Shown here piece by piece: positions 1 to 7,756 of a stretch of DNA of 64,000 nt. Every line of letters begins with the position of its first letter. Position 1 is the first letter of the stretch. The stretch comes from Muribaculaceae bacterium (lineage in GTDB: Bacteria; Bacteroidota; Bacteroidia; Bacteroidales; Muribaculaceae). The notes below the pieces were generated by a model that did not search any database, was not told where the DNA came from, and saw only the letters and a program-made list of their open reading frames with translations. A program made the translations under genes and the position numbers. The stretch is from contig JAEETL010000005.1 in the NCBI GenBank assembly GCA_016290325.1, forward strand, positions 5,019-69,018, read 5' to 3'.

Positions 1-1
1 A

Positions 2-436
2 ATCATCGTGGCAAGTCATCGTGAAGTCCTTCCAGACTACTCCGCCATCGGCTCCATGTGTGTAGAGATAATCGCTCCCGAGATGCAGCGTCTCGGCTGC
101 AAGTGCCCACCACCGGGCTACTGCTTTACTGTTGAACACAACAGGGATTACAAGCCGACGGACGTGGACATTGAGTATTGCGAACAGGTAGAGGAGATGG
201 GAGAGGACAGTGCCATCATCCAGTTCAAGCGTCTGCCCGCAGTGCCTAAGGCGCTCTGCATGAAGCACGTCGGCCCATATGAAAGATTCTACGAATCGTA
301 CATCGAAGCTTTCCGTTACATAGAGGAGCATGGTTACAAGCCTGTTGGTCAGTTCCGCACCTGCTACGTTGATGGAGTCTGGAACCAGGAGGACCCCGAG
401 AAATGGCTTTCAATCATTCAAATACTAATAGAATAG
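2..436 (+). CDS. GyrI-like effector-binding domain protein, 5' end cut by window edge (probably the C-terminal domain of a MerR/AraC-type regulator)
   Basis: The frame is open from the window edge to TAG at 434-436. The sequence (..VGPYERFYESYIEAFRYIEEHGYKPVG..) resembles the GyrI/BmrR-C small-molecule-binding fold. Confidence 0.55.
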   Translation: MIVASHREVLPDYSAIGSMCVEIIAPEMQRLGCKCPPPGYCFTVEHNRDYKPTDVDIEYCEQVEEMGEDSAIIQFKRLPAVPKALCMKHVGPYERFYESYIEAFRYIEEHGYKPVGQFRTCYVDGVWNQEDPEKWLSIIQILIE

Positions 437-777
437 CCGTTTATCCTAACCGCCCCCCAAAAACGATGGGGCGTCTTGGAAACCGGAGGCTATTGTTTTT
501 TCAATGGTCTCCATTTTTCTTTATATCCCCAACCACGCTTAAACCCCATCATATAGCAATCAGGGCTCAGAGCCTTCTTTGAAGTGCCGAGGTGGACAGC
601 CCCCTGATTCCCAATCACACAATGGCAGCTGGATTAGAGTTGGACTTGTTTAACATCATCTACATTTAATTGGAAGCTGGATTGTGGGTCCCTAGTTGCG
701 TTTTCTCCTATTTATATGGCAATTAGAGCGAATAAAATACCAATATTTTGGTATTGCTATGAATGTCATTCCCATTG

Positions 778-785
778 TACATTTG
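778..785 (+). promoter_or_regulatory. Bacteroidota -7 promoter box TAcaTTTG for the methyltransferase-ZIP operon
   Basis: Exact TAnnTTTG match 25 nt upstream of ATG 810. Confidence 0.45.
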
Positions 786-809
786 CAGCCAACTAAAAAG
801 CTAAATGAT

Positions 810-1433
810 ATGGGATTATTAAAAACGTTCTTTACTAATTGTGCACATCCTAGAGGGATGATGGGGAGAATGATGCTGCGCTTCATGAACTTCGGACACG
901 CGCCGCTGACAAATTGGGGACTTGACCTTGTGGAGTTCCAGCCAGGCTGGTCAATGCTTGACATCGGCTGCGGTGGCGGTGCGACACTGAAGAGACTGCT
1001 CAAGCGCAGTGACGGGGCACGGGTCTATGGCATAGACATCTCGGAGGAAAGCGTGGCAAAGGCTCGCAAAGTGAATGCCGCCGTGCTCGACAAGCAAGTA
1101 TTCGTCTGCCAAGGATCTGCCGAGAAACTACCCTACGAGGACGGGAAGTTCGATCTCGTGACGGCTGTCGAGACGGTATATTTCTGGCCCAACCTGCCAG
1201 GGTGCCTGCAGGAAGTGCAACGTGTGTTGAAGCCGGGTGGCCGTTTCGCCATCATGGTGGAGGTCATTGAAGGAGACTCGATGTGGACTGAAGTGGTGGA
1301 AGGCATGACAGCCTACTCGCCCGAGCAACTGAAGAAGTTGCTTAACGAGGCGGGCTTCATTGATACTGCCATCCACCGCAAGAAACCCTCGTATGCTGCC
1401 ATCACTGGCCTAAAACAGGCATCGAAGGAATAG
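810..1433 (+). CDS. class I SAM-dependent methyltransferase
   Basis: Contains motif I LDIGCGGGATL, GIDISEE and LKPGGRFAIMV. I moved the start from ORF-track 696 to ATG 810, downstream of the -7 box. Confidence 0.85.
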   Translation: MGLLKTFFTNCAHPRGMMGRMMLRFMNFGHAPLTNWGLDLVEFQPGWSMLDIGCGGGATLKRLLKRSDGARVYGIDISEESVAKARKVNAAVLDKQVFVCQGSAEKLPYEDGKFDLVTAVETVYFWPNLPGCLQEVQRVLKPGGRFAIMVEVIEGDSMWTEVVEGMTAYSPEQLKKLLNEAGFIDTAIHRKKPSYAAITGLKQASKE

Positions 1434-1435
1434 TT

Positions 1436-2215
1436 ATGACCATACTGGTTATCGGGTTACTCATTCCCTTACTGGGCACCATGCTCGGGTCGGCCTTTGT
1501 CTTTATGATGAAGGGCGAGATGTCTGTGAGGCTGCAGAAGGCACTGCTGGGCTTCGCTTCGGGGGTAATGGTGGCTGCTTCGGTCTGGTCATTGCTGATT
1601 CCCGCAATGGAGATGGAAACATCAGGGAGAGTATGGGCGGTATTGCCCGCTGCCGTAGGATTCCTCTTGGGCATCGGGTTTCTGTTGCTGATTGATGAGT
1701 TGACTCCACACCTGCATCTCGGGAGCAGCAAGCCCGAGGGCCTCCGTTCCCACCTGTCCCGCACAGCGATGTTGGCCCTGGCGGTAACCATCCACAACCT
1801 GCCCGAGGGCATGGCTGTGGGCGTCGTCTTTGCCGGTGCCGACAGTGGTGTCACAAACATTTCGCTAGCCAGCGCCATTGCTGTATCGCTGGGTATTGCC
1901 ATCCAGAACGTCCCCGAGGGCGCCATCATCTCGATGCCGATGCGTGCGGCGGGAAACAGCAGCTGGAGGTCTTTCCTCATCGGCTCACTGAGCGGTGCCG
2001 TTGAGCCCATCGGTGCCCTTGCGGTCTTGTTGTTGTCATCCCTGATTTTACCCGTTCTGCCCTATATGCTCGCTTTTGCCGCGGGAGCCATGTTCTATGT
2101 GGTCATCGAGGAACTGATACCCGAAGCCTCAAGCGGCCAGCACACCAATGTCAGCACCATCGGTTTCGCCATCGGCTTCGTCCTGATGATGGTGCTCGAC
2201 GTGGTGATGGGTTAG
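1436..2215 (+). CDS. ZIP family divalent metal (zinc) transporter, copy 1
   Basis: Multi-pass membrane protein with HNLPEGMAVG and IAIQNVPEGA motifs typical of ZupT/GufA-type ZIP permeases. It starts 2 nt after the methyltransferase stop. Confidence 0.9.
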   Translation: MTILVIGLLIPLLGTMLGSAFVFMMKGEMSVRLQKALLGFASGVMVAASVWSLLIPAMEMETSGRVWAVLPAAVGFLLGIGFLLLIDELTPHLHLGSSKPEGLRSHLSRTAMLALAVTIHNLPEGMAVGVVFAGADSGVTNISLASAIAVSLGIAIQNVPEGAIISMPMRAAGNSSWRSFLIGSLSGAVEPIGALAVLLLSSLILPVLPYMLAFAAGAMFYVVIEELIPEASSGQHTNVSTIGFAIGFVLMMVLDVVMG

Positions 2216-2220
2216 CGATA

Positions 2221-2296
2221 GTGTGTCATAATAGGCTCCTGGTTTTTTAGTCGGCCTTGCGGCCGATCAAAGCTCTAGGCGCTTATTATGACACAC
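2221..2296. repeat. 76-bp palindromic mini-element with terminal inverted repeats GTGTGTCATAATAGGC / GCTTATTATGACACAC
   Basis: 15/16 matching inverted termini enclose a TCGGCC-TTGC-GGCCGA hairpin. It lies between convergent genes. The termini match those of the longer elements at 3614-3850 and 50090-50260. Confidence 0.7.
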
Positions 2297-2314
2297 CATC
2301 TCAGCAAGCGAGCC

Positions 2315-2770
2315 TTACCAGTTGAGGGGCTCCTGCAGAATGTTGCCGTCGGTCATGGGACTGTCGGCCTCGGTGAACGGGGTGGCCTTGTACTGGATGC
2401 AGAGCATCGTCAGGTCCTCGTTGCCGGTGTTCTTCAACGCACGCTTGCCGTCGGGCGACACGCGGATCACGCTACCCTCGCTAACGGGGAAAATCTCACC
2501 GTCGACCTGGTACTGGCCCTCGCCACGAAGGATAAAGTAGAGCTCCTCATGGGTCTTGTGGGTGTGCAGGAAACCGCTGTCCTGTCCAGGAACGAGCGTC
2601 TGGAATGAGAACTCGCTGGCAGCTGCGCCAACGGCCTGTCCGCCAAAGACTTTGCCCTGAATCGTGAAGTCCGGGCCCATAGGCAACTCGTGTTCGATAA
2701 TCTCGCTGATGCGGCCAACGTTGATGGCGGCATAATTTGCACCCTGTGCAATCTTTTCAATCTGTTTCAT
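2315..2770 (-). CDS. cupin domain protein
   Basis: Cupin motifs GFLHTHKTHEELYFILRGEG and PVSEGSVIRVSPDGKRALKNTG. Confidence 0.8.
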   Translation of the reverse strand: MKQIEKIAQGANYAAINVGRISEIIEHELPMGPDFTIQGKVFGGQAVGAAASEFSFQTLVPGQDSGFLHTHKTHEELYFILRGEGQYQVDGEIFPVSEGSVIRVSPDGKRALKNTGNEDLTMLCIQYKATPFTEADSPMTDGNILQEPLNW

Positions 2771-2784
2771 TGTAGTAAATGTGA

Positions 2785-3165
2785 TTAATGGTTTTTATTG
2801 GATGAATAATTCTTGCGGTCGTTCAAGATGTCGGCCAGGTTGGCCAGTGCCCACTCAATCAGGCTGTTGATGTGCGGCATGAGCGACTTGCCGCGCTCGG
2901 TGATGCTGTACTCCACGCGTGGCGGTATCTCGGCATAGGCCTGCCTCGATACCAGCCCGTCGGCCTCCAGATTGCGCAGGGCCACAGTGAGCATCTTCTG
3001 CGAGATGTCGGGGATGGCCGCCAGGATGTCGGAATAGCGCATCGCCGTGTCCTTCCCGTCGAGCGTGTACAGTATCAGCATCGACCAGCGGTCGTTGATG
3101 CGCGACAGGATATTGCGTATCGGGCAATCAGGAAAGTATGGATCAACTATAATGTCTCGTAACAT
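2785..3165 (-). CDS. HxlR family winged-helix transcriptional regulator
   Basis: CPIRNILSRINDRWSMLILYTL..RYSDI..ISQKMLTVALRNLEADGLVSR..PPRVEYSITERG is the classic HxlR signature. Confidence 0.85.
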   Translation of the reverse strand: MLRDIIVDPYFPDCPIRNILSRINDRWSMLILYTLDGKDTAMRYSDILAAIPDISQKMLTVALRNLEADGLVSRQAYAEIPPRVEYSITERGKSLMPHINSLIEWALANLADILNDRKNYSSNKNH

Positions 3166-3213
3166 ATTTCGTTCTGATTTTCAGTTATACTAACTTTTCT
3201 CTCGTTTCGGTTG

Positions 3214-3221
3214 CAAAGTTA
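3214..3221 (-). promoter_or_regulatory. -7 box (TAacTTTG on minus strand) for the HxlR-cupin operon
   Basis: The reverse complement of caaagtta lies 49 nt upstream of the start at 3165. Confidence 0.4.
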
Positions 3222-3445
3222 CTACCGTTAGTTGACATGACAATGAACCGCCCGAAATGTTCGCTACACACTTTGATGTTAGAAATGGGCAAATCAACGC
3301 CTTAGCAAACTCACTTTTATGTTTTGTTAAGACTTGAATGCCCAAACCACGCGTTGAAAAGAAGTTTTTGAACAAAAAATGAAGGTTTTTTTTGAAACGC
3401 AAAAAGACTGCGGTCGGGCATATTTCCTTTGCAGCGTCAAACGAT

Positions 3446-3489
3446 GGCTCCGCAGCTCAGCAAGTCAGAGCACCACACTTTTAATGCGG
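3446..3489 (+). other. tRNA-Lys(UUU)-like 5' half (acceptor strand, D-arm, anticodon arm) lacking a T-arm and 3' acceptor strand
   Basis: GGCTCCG-CA-GCTC-AGCAAGTCA-GAGC-A-CCACA-CTTTTAA-TGCGG fits tRNA positions 1-43 with one anticodon-stem mismatch. The downstream sequence does not fold as a T-arm. Confidence 0.3.
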
Positions 3490-3613
3490 GGGCCTGGGTC
3501 ACCGCAGGCTCATCTTCGTAGAAGTAGAACACGAAGAGCCCTCGACAACAGACAGCGAGAGTTAAATCACGCAAGTTTAATGAACATATTATACTGATAC
3601 TCAATCATTGTGG

Positions 3614-3850
3614 CTGTGTCATAATTCAACGTCGCAATATTTAACCGTGCTACGCACGGGAAATTTATACAAATTAATTGAAAAATTGATATAAAAATTT
3701 AATTTGCTTAATTTAAATACAAAATTTGTTGTAATTTCCCGAAACTTGGCGGCACCTCAGCCATTGAAGTAAACTTAATGGCTTTCGGTTTGCACAAGTT
3801 TTCCCGCTCGTTAGAGCGGTTATTATTTCGGGCGAACATTTATGACACAC
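3614..3850. repeat. MITE-like structured element, copy A (about 237 bp), perfect 9-bp terminal inverted repeat GTGTCATAA / TTATGACAC
   Basis: Collinear with the reverse complement of 50090-50260 except for an expanded AT-rich core. Internal hairpins are CCGTGC-TAC-GCACGG, AGCCATT..AATGGCT and CCGCTC-GTTA-GAGCGG. No coding capacity. Confidence 0.7.
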
Positions 3851-3967
3851 CCTCGAGGAAGAAGAGTTCACTGAATATCAAGAAATGATTATATCAATAG
3901 GCTATAATTCTTTACGTCGAGGACACTTTTATTTAACCATTAGAAGAAAAGTAGTATATTTGCAGGC

Positions 3968-5191
3968 ATGAACGTGAAAGTGAAAATGCCAAAATTTGGG
4001 AAACCAGGAAAGGGCAATTCTTGGACCAAGGAATTGCTGATGAGTGTAATAGGCACTACTATCTCAATTGTACTGACCTTTGGCACGGCTTATCTGATTG
4101 AGCAAAAACAGCGCAAGGTCGAAGGGCGTGAAATTGCCATGATGGTTATCCATGACATCGACTTGTATGCCGAAAGTTTCAGGGACTATGCCAAAGAAGA
4201 AACTAAGAATCATGACCTGGCTATGTATGTGATGGAACACATCGACAATATTGAGAAGTTACCCAATGACACAATCAATTCGTTAATCAATTACATCTTT
4301 ACTGCAGAAGGAGTCGAATCCCGAGTTGACGACAGCATTGAGAGGACCTTCCAAAGCAACCAAGAGATATGGCGGAGCATCGATGCCCCGCCGTTTATCG
4401 ACATGGCAAGGGAATTTTTCAATCACCGTCGGATGACTTTCCAAATTATCAACACGTCTCCCATTTTTCACAAACCTATCAATGATGAAGAGAGTCTACC
4501 TTTAATTGCCAAAATAATGAATACTGGCAAGGAAAATGACTGGTATGATTTCCTGCGAAAGAAACTGCAAGACGAGGATGTGCTGACATACATCAATTTT
4601 CACGACCAACGTCTGAGAGTACTCAACGCCACTGCCGACGATTATCAAGACATGAGCAATCGGTGCAAGTTTATCATGAACATCACCGACGAGGAACTGC
4701 AAGCGTTCCTGGATAAGCGCAAGCGCACCGGCGAGAAACTGACCGACAGCAAGCTGATAGGACGATGGAGCACTCAGGAAGACCAACCACAAACCTTCGA
4801 ATTCAAAAAAGACCACACATTCAAGCAGATTCTCGTATTTCGCTATCCATCACTAGCCTATCGTGGATACCTGAATGTAACACACACATACACAGGTAGT
4901 TGGGAAATCAAGAAGGACACACTCTACCGATACTTTGATGCCGACTTTGACTTCAAGATTGACCGCTCAAGCATCAACTATTCACCCGAGAAACGGGATA
5001 CTGTCGAGCAGATCCTGAAGAAAGTGGAAGCCTTTACAATTGAGCAAAAGAAGAAGCAAGATCGTGACACCATCGTCCGTGCTGTTGCCATCGACCGTTC
5101 GGGTAACAAGGTGGAACTGACCTTCCCCGAAAACGACCAAAACGGCCGCGTCAGCTACCTGATCAGGGAAAAGGCAACGGAAAAACCATAG
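3968..5191 (+). CDS. hypothetical membrane-anchored protein (one N-terminal TM helix), no recognisable family
   Basis: A 407-aa ORF, AT-richer than its neighbours, with TM segment LLMSVIGTTISIVLTFGTAYLI. It is followed by the palindromic terminator. Confidence 0.55.
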   Translation: MNVKVKMPKFGKPGKGNSWTKELLMSVIGTTISIVLTFGTAYLIEQKQRKVEGREIAMMVIHDIDLYAESFRDYAKEETKNHDLAMYVMEHIDNIEKLPNDTINSLINYIFTAEGVESRVDDSIERTFQSNQEIWRSIDAPPFIDMAREFFNHRRMTFQIINTSPIFHKPINDEESLPLIAKIMNTGKENDWYDFLRKKLQDEDVLTYINFHDQRLRVLNATADDYQDMSNRCKFIMNITDEELQAFLDKRKRTGEKLTDSKLIGRWSTQEDQPQTFEFKKDHTFKQILVFRYPSLAYRGYLNVTHTYTGSWEIKKDTLYRYFDADFDFKIDRSSINYSPEKRDTVEQILKKVEAFTIEQKKKQDRDTIVRAVAIDRSGNKVELTFPENDQNGRVSYLIREKATEKP

Positions 5192-5217
5192 GTCAACAAA
5201 AAGGGACCGACGACCGA

Positions 5218-5245
5218 GTAGAGACGCAAAATTTTGCGTCTCCAC
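5218..5245. terminator. conserved palindromic hairpin terminator, copy 1 (GAGACGCAAAATTTTGCGTCTC core)
   Basis: Perfect 11-bp-arm palindrome between convergent genes. The same core recurs at 23669, 26596 and 28775. Confidence 0.7.
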
Positions 5246-5275
5246 AGGCGAGTGCTCTTGAATAAACTGTTGAGG

Positions 5276-5773
5276 TTAGGGATTTCTTGCTTTCACCAGC
5301 TCGATGGCTTCTTTGCCTGACATGTGCTCGATGTCTAGGCGCAGAAGCATGACATGGTCCAGCGATTTGTCGATTTCGTGTTGCAGCCCGTGCTCGTCGC
5401 CTGGCGAGTATCGGTGTCCCAAAAGGCGCAGTGCCTGAACTTTTTCATCGGTCTTCTCCAGAATCTGGATGTGGCCAAAGGCGATCACGCTCCTGAAATA
5501 GGTCGTGAACTCAGCCGGTCTAATCTCATCCTGCTCGATGACGCAAAACGAGCAACGGTTGTCTCGCTTGATGGCATCAACCTTGTGTCCCTGCACCGCC
5601 GAGTGGAAAATAATCGCCCCATCGGCATAGACATAGCTCAGTGGCACGGCGTAAGGGTAACCGCCTTCACCTGTCAACGCAAGCACTCCTGAGGTGCAAC
5701 GGCCGAGGATACGCTCACATTCTTCTCTGGATAACTGCTGCCTATGGCGGCGCATGGGTCTGAATTCTGCCAT
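5276..5773 (-). CDS. Nim-like pyridoxamine 5'-phosphate oxidase family protein (5-nitroimidazole reductase homolog)
   Basis: 165 aa. MRRHRQQLSREECERIL..GGYPYAVPLSYVY..FHSAVQGHKVDAI..FCVIEQD..TTYFRSVIAFG closely follows the NimA-J pattern. Confidence 0.8.
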   Translation of the reverse strand: MAEFRPMRRHRQQLSREECERILGRCTSGVLALTGEGGYPYAVPLSYVYADGAIIFHSAVQGHKVDAIKRDNRCSFCVIEQDEIRPAEFTTYFRSVIAFGHIQILEKTDEKVQALRLLGHRYSPGDEHGLQHEIDKSLDHVMLLRLDIEHMSGKEAIELVKARNP

Positions 5774-5800
5774 GATGAAATGAGTTTAAGCCAGATCGTT

Positions 5801-6160
5801 TCAGTTCTCCTTATTCAAGTAATCCCATAAATTGATGGAACCTGCTTCGCTCTCGATATCAAGAGCCGGAACATACTCAACCATTCTTGTCGCTCCACTG
5901 GCTTTGTCAACATAAAAATAGACAAATGAGCCTGTATAACTGCGGAATGTCACTTGATACTCTGTTTCGGTCTCATCCTCTATCGCGACATACATCATGG
6001 AAGCATTCTTTTTAGCGGCGCTCCAGTCATAATTTTTATGGCAATAGTTATTGACACCCTCATAGGCCATTTCGGAGGTGATGTCACCATGTGAGGAGCC
6101 AGGCTTGCATGAGCATAAAAACAAGACCGCCAACGCTAATGATATAACAAGATATCTCAT
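5801..6160 (-). CDS. small lipoprotein, unknown function
   Basis: Signal peptide plus lipobox (LAVLFLCSC). Confidence 0.55.
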   Translation of the reverse strand: MRYLVISLALAVLFLCSCKPGSSHGDITSEMAYEGVNNYCHKNYDWSAAKKNASMMYVAIEDETETEYQVTFRSYTGSFVYFYVDKASGATRMVEYVPALDIESEAGSINLWDYLNKEN

Positions 6161-6172
6161 GAATCGGTATTT

Positions 6173-6562
6173 TTAACGTTCATACAACTCCAAGGCCTGG
6201 CCATCAGGATCTTGGAAAAACATGAAACGGCGATTGGTGTATCCATCTATCCTGATGGGTTCATGCTCAATGCCCAGTCTCTCCAACTCTTTTGCCTCTT
6301 TGTCGATATCATCTACCTCAAAAGCCAAATGACGAAGCCCTACGGCCTCGGGATGCGTTAGCCGGGCAGGTGGAGACGGGAAAGAGAACAATTCTATCAC
6401 ATATTCATTACCCAGTGCCAAATCGGTCTTGAAACCCTTGCTCTCCTCGCGGTAATGCTCGGCCAGGACGGTAAACCCCAGCACATTTTTATAGAATTCA
6501 AGACTCCGCTCATAGTCTGAGCAGATGATGGCAATGTGATGTACTCTATTAATCTGTATCAT
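6173..6562 (-). CDS. VOC (glyoxalase/bleomycin-resistance/dioxygenase) family protein
   Basis: HHIAIICSDYERSLEFYKNVLGF...GLRHLAFEV...ELYE paired beta-alpha-beta-beta-beta modules. Confidence 0.85.
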   Translation of the reverse strand: MIQINRVHHIAIICSDYERSLEFYKNVLGFTVLAEHYREESKGFKTDLALGNEYVIELFSFPSPPARLTHPEAVGLRHLAFEVDDIDKEAKELERLGIEHEPIRIDGYTNRRFMFFQDPDGQALELYER

Positions 6563-6571
6563 AATCTGATT

Positions 6572-7432
6572 TTAAAGTTCGATGACATGAGGCTCGACGT
6601 CGGTGTCATGGGTGGCCAGCGAAGCGAGGCAGTCGGGTGAGAGGCTTTGCTCGCGTATCCATTGCAGTGACTGGCGTTGCAACTTTTTGTCCAGCGAGAT
6701 GCCCGAGGTGATCATGTCGCGCCACGACTTGGTGGCATAACCGCCGTCGGCAAACAGCAGGACATATTTGCCCTCATCATTCTTGACTTTCAAGGCGCAG
6801 AGGCCCTCGCTGTGGCCAGGAATATTCACCATGACGAGGCTGCCGTCGCCCAGCACGTCATAGGATTTGCCAACCGGTCCTTCAGTGCCGTTCCAGTCAA
6901 AGGTCTGCAGGTTTACCCCATCCCACCAGCGGTGCTGGAAGCGGATGCGGATTTGGAAATTATTACGAGTGGTGCCCTCCATCTCGGCCTTAGAGACCAG
7001 GATGTGCTTGGCATCGGCCACTTGATTCAAACCGTTAGCATGGTCACAATCAAGATGAGAGATGAGCACATAGTCCAACTGAGACGGCTTGATGCCCAAG
7101 CGGTCGAGATGCTCGTTGATGGCCTCGCCAGGGGCAATGCGGCCCTGATTGATCTGATAGAGCAGGAACGAACCCAGGGATTTGATCTGGGCCTTCTTGT
7201 CGAACACACCATCGGGCGACATGTCACGGTGCCAACCCGTGTCAAAGAGGATCATCCCCTTGGGATGCTCAATGAGAAAGCTGAATACAGGTAGCCAAAT
7301 CCACTTGCTCTTGGGCGTCGTAATGCCCGAAGCCTTGATGATGCTGCAGTTGTCTCCGCCAAAAGGGAGATAAGGAGAGACACGCACCTCGCCAGTGCGC
7401 AACACATGTATCTTTATTTTTTCCATGCTCAT
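6572..7432 (-). CDS. MBL-fold metallo-hydrolase (N-acyl-homoserine-lactonase-like subgroup)
   Basis: ISHLDCDHANG (HxHxDH-type metal motif), later PGHSEG and a HD near the C-terminus. Confidence 0.8.
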   Translation of the reverse strand: MSMEKIKIHVLRTGEVRVSPYLPFGGDNCSIIKASGITTPKSKWIWLPVFSFLIEHPKGMILFDTGWHRDMSPDGVFDKKAQIKSLGSFLLYQINQGRIAPGEAINEHLDRLGIKPSQLDYVLISHLDCDHANGLNQVADAKHILVSKAEMEGTTRNNFQIRIRFQHRWWDGVNLQTFDWNGTEGPVGKSYDVLGDGSLVMVNIPGHSEGLCALKVKNDEGKYVLLFADGGYATKSWRDMITSGISLDKKLQRQSLQWIREQSLSPDCLASLATHDTDVEPHVIEL

Positions 7433-7707
7433 CGATTTGTCTAATTAGCCCTGCAAAGATAGCGATTTCTAGCGAAAACGCCTACCAGTTTTGGAATTTA
7501 CTTCGCAATGGTACAGCCAATACAGACAAATCTACATTAAGAACGACTCCAACAAAGCTAAAGCCGAGAAATTGATGGAGGATTTCAAAATGTTCAGCCA
7601 CGAGGCATAGCTCTTCACCCACATGAACGAGACAGAGGGCCAATACTGTAGCCCATCTAACTCACTGTTCCTGTCCAACTCGGTTTCAATAAAAAAATTA
7701 CCCAAAA

Positions 7708-7731
7708 AAGAGTGCCCATTGAGGCACTCTT
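7708..7731 (-). terminator. rho-independent terminator of the alpha/beta hydrolase gene
   Basis: AAGAGTGCC-loop-GGCACTCTT hairpin followed by a T-run on the minus strand. Confidence 0.6.
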
Positions 7732-7756
7732 AAGTCTATTAACTGAAAAAAACTCG

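Noticed and set aside
437-777. 340-nt leader region upstream of the methyltransferase-ZIP operon, considered as a metal or SAM riboswitch
   Set aside because: Only generic hairpins are visible (CGCCCC..GGGGCG, CAGGGCT..AGCCCCTG). I could not match any riboswitch consensus by eye. An Rfam scan would be needed before making any claim.
3190-3597. ORF-track frames 3190-3402 (-) and 3379-3597 (+) in the HxlR-upstream intergenic region
   Set aside because: They overlap the HxlR promoter and the tRNA-like fragment, have no start context, and their translations are Arg/Ser/Leu-rich without motifs.
3660-3735. AT-rich repetitive core of MITE-like copy A (AATTGAAAAATTGATATAAAAATTTAATTTGCTTAATTTAAATAC) considered as a CRISPR-like or replication-origin iteron array
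   Set aside because: There are no regularly spaced identical repeats with unique spacers, and no cas, dnaA or rep genes nearby. The segment is simply the expandable loop between the GGGAAATT / AATTTCCC stems of the element.
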